64,000 nucleotides of DNA from Thermoplasmata archaeon (lineage in GTDB: Archaea > Thermoplasmatota > Thermoplasmata > Lutacidiplasmatales > UBA184): contig JASHSU010000152.1 of assembly GCA_030038605.1 (NCBI GenBank), positions 285-64,284 of the forward strand. Direction: 5' to 3'. The translations under genes and the position numbers were made by a program. The notes beneath the pieces are model-generated. The model was not told the DNA's origin. It ran no database searches and worked only from the letters and a program-made list of their open reading frames with translations. Of the stretch, positions 63,068-64,000 are shown in pieces. How positions within the stretch are numbered: the stretch's first letter is position 1; each line of letters starts with the position of its first letter.

Positions 63068-64000
63068 GTGAAGAGCCGATGTCTCCGCCGGGTGGCCATC
63101 GCGGCGCTGGTCGTCCTTCTCGCACTCCCTGGCCTTTCGGTGACCTCCGGCTGGGGACCCTCTTCGGCGCCCGGGGGTGCGACCGGGTCGTTAGCGCCCC
63201 CCCACGGGTCGACCGCTTCGGCCTCCTCTGCCGTTCGGGTCGCTCCGGGGCCGGGACCCAACGCCCTCCTACCCCGCGGCTTTGCCGCCGGACCGGGACC
63301 ATCGCCGCCGTACCCGCTGCAGTACCCGCCGCCCACCGCGTCGTCACCGGCGGTGGTCGGGGCCCTCTTGCCGAACGCGCTGGCACTGGACGGCTTCGGC
63401 GCGAACGGAGCGCCCGCGCGGTACTCGTCCGTCCCGGTGCCGGTCGGACTCGCAGACCTGGGACGCGGGACTGGAGGCGACTACGCGTACACGACGTCCA
63501 GCTTCTTCGGCAATCTCACGGTCTCCTCGCTCGCCGCCTACTCGCCCGGGTATGCCCCGTGGTACGAGTCACCCGACGCACTGACCGTGAGCCTCAACAC
63601 GGTCGCCGAAGGCTTGACGCCGGGCGCCCCGGGCGGGGGTCTCTTCTGGGCCGAGAATGCGGTCCGGATCAACGGCAGTTCGCTCCAGTTCGAGGACAAC
63701 ATCTGGAACCTGTCTGGACCGGCGGCGGAGATGAACCCGTCCGACTTTGCCAACAACTCGGCCGCGGGCCTGCGCGCCTCGAACCTGCTGGGGTATGAGT
63801 TCTACGAGCACACCGGCCCGAGCCGGGCGCTCGCGTTCCCGCTCACGATCAACCTGTTCAACACGCTCGTGAACGAGGACGGGACTCCCGTCCTGTTCTT
63901 CAACTACAGTCTGGCGACGCCCGGAAGCGTCACGAACGGTACCTACGACCAGGTCGCGTTCAGCGGCAACTACTCGACCGCCCCGCTGCCGGCGTTCGTC
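63068..64000 (+). CDS. Secreted thermopsin-like protein (paralog of 56347..59346), 5' partial. It runs off the window end.
   Basis: Manual translation from GTG 63068 gives signal peptide VKSRCLRRVAIAALVVLLALPGLSVTSG, then ...LFWAENAVRINGSSLQFEDNIWNLSGP..., parallel to FWVQNVV...YFVDDTWNFTSY in the other copy. It is not in the track because there is no stop in the window. The overlapping track ORF 63061..63798 (+2 frame) is rejected. Confidence 0.45.
   Translation, partial: MKSRCLRRVAIAALVVLLALPGLSVTSGWGPSSAPGGATGSLAPPHGSTASASSAVRVAPGPGPNALLPRGFAAGPGPSPPYPLQYPPPTASSPAVVGALLPNALALDGFGANGAPARYSSVPVPVGLADLGRGTGGDYAYTTSSFFGNLTVSSLAAYSPGYAPWYESPDALTVSLNTVAEGLTPGAPGGGLFWAENAVRINGSSLQFEDNIWNLSGPAAEMNPSDFANNSAAGLRASNLLGYEFYEHTGPSRALAFPLTINLFNTLVNEDGTPVLFFNYSLATPGSVTNGTYDQVAFSGNYSTAPLPAFV

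Noticed and set aside
63061-63798. Track ORF 63061..63798(+) (245 aa, MAREEPMSPPGG...)
   Set aside because: The +1-shifted frame starting at GTG 63068 gives a clean signal peptide and a thermopsin-like block conserved with the paralog at 56347. The track ORF is the wrong frame of the same region.
1-64000. Search for CRISPR arrays, IS elements or transposases, integrases, toxin-antitoxin pairs, rRNA genes
   Set aside because: No direct-repeat/spacer arrays, DDE or serine/tyrosine recombinase-like ORFs, or rRNA-like conserved stretches were recognised by eye. Nothing is reported.

Overview
This is a very GC-rich (~70%) archaeal chromosomal segment. It carries A-type ATP synthase subunits A and F, the Sm–L37e pair, fibrillarin, ribosomal proteins S15 and S3Ae, an archaeal-type TrpRS, and a tRNA with an intron. 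Thermopsin-like secreted proteins, gyrase and N-glycosylation-rich surface proteins suggest a Thermoplasmata-like euryarchaeon, but the lineage is uncertain. Gene density is high, and many genes are linked by overlapping start/stop codons (ATGA, GTGA, TGATG).

Annotated content, in order along the window:
- Near the start: atpF–atpA, a ferredoxin, Sm and L37e, and a 3-methyladenine DNA glycosylase.
- A long minus-strand operon: two hypothetical proteins, a divergent family-B DNA polymerase paralog, a HEAT-repeat protein, a GNAT acetyltransferase, a hypothetical protein and an M29-like aminopeptidase.
- A DUF72 protein, a divergent pair of a P-loop kinase and folP (DHPS), then S15–RecJ-like DHH–gyrA–Zn-ribbon translationally coupled.
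- TrpRS, a TPR protein, an RPA-like SSB with a Gly/Tyr/Arg tail, and an Lrp-RAM fusion.
- carA/carB, moaA, a putative tRNA-Glu, and the phoU–pstBACS operon.
- truA, a fusion of hexulose-6-phosphate synthase (HPS) with an RraA-like domain, and an SPPY-type (putative N4-cytosine) DNA methyltransferase.
- A six-gene membrane/ATPase cluster (37.3–43.8 kb) with the hallmarks of a conjugation-derived DNA-transfer apparatus of the Ced/Ted type: a VirB4-like ATPase, a VirB3-like protein, a VirB6-like polytopic protein, a VirB2-like pilin candidate and a PKD-repeat surface protein. No relaxase, coupling protein or integrase is present. This is the most interesting candidate system in the window.
- Fibrillarin, RidA, a DUF885 metallopeptidase-like protein, and the sulfate-assimilation genes cysC–sat–cysH.
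- A 1675-aa membrane-anchored surface protein (an N-terminal domain with the glutamate motifs of clan GH-A glycoside hydrolases followed by ~14 tandem repeats), two thermopsin-like secreted proteins, an MFS transporter, a YVTN beta-propeller protein and a CAU-anticodon tRNA with an intron.

No CRISPR array, IS element, integrase or rRNA was seen. Because of the GC content, many long opposite-strand or overlapping ORFs in the supplied track are judged spurious. The track prints M for GTG/TTG starts, so several start positions were re-derived from the sequence.
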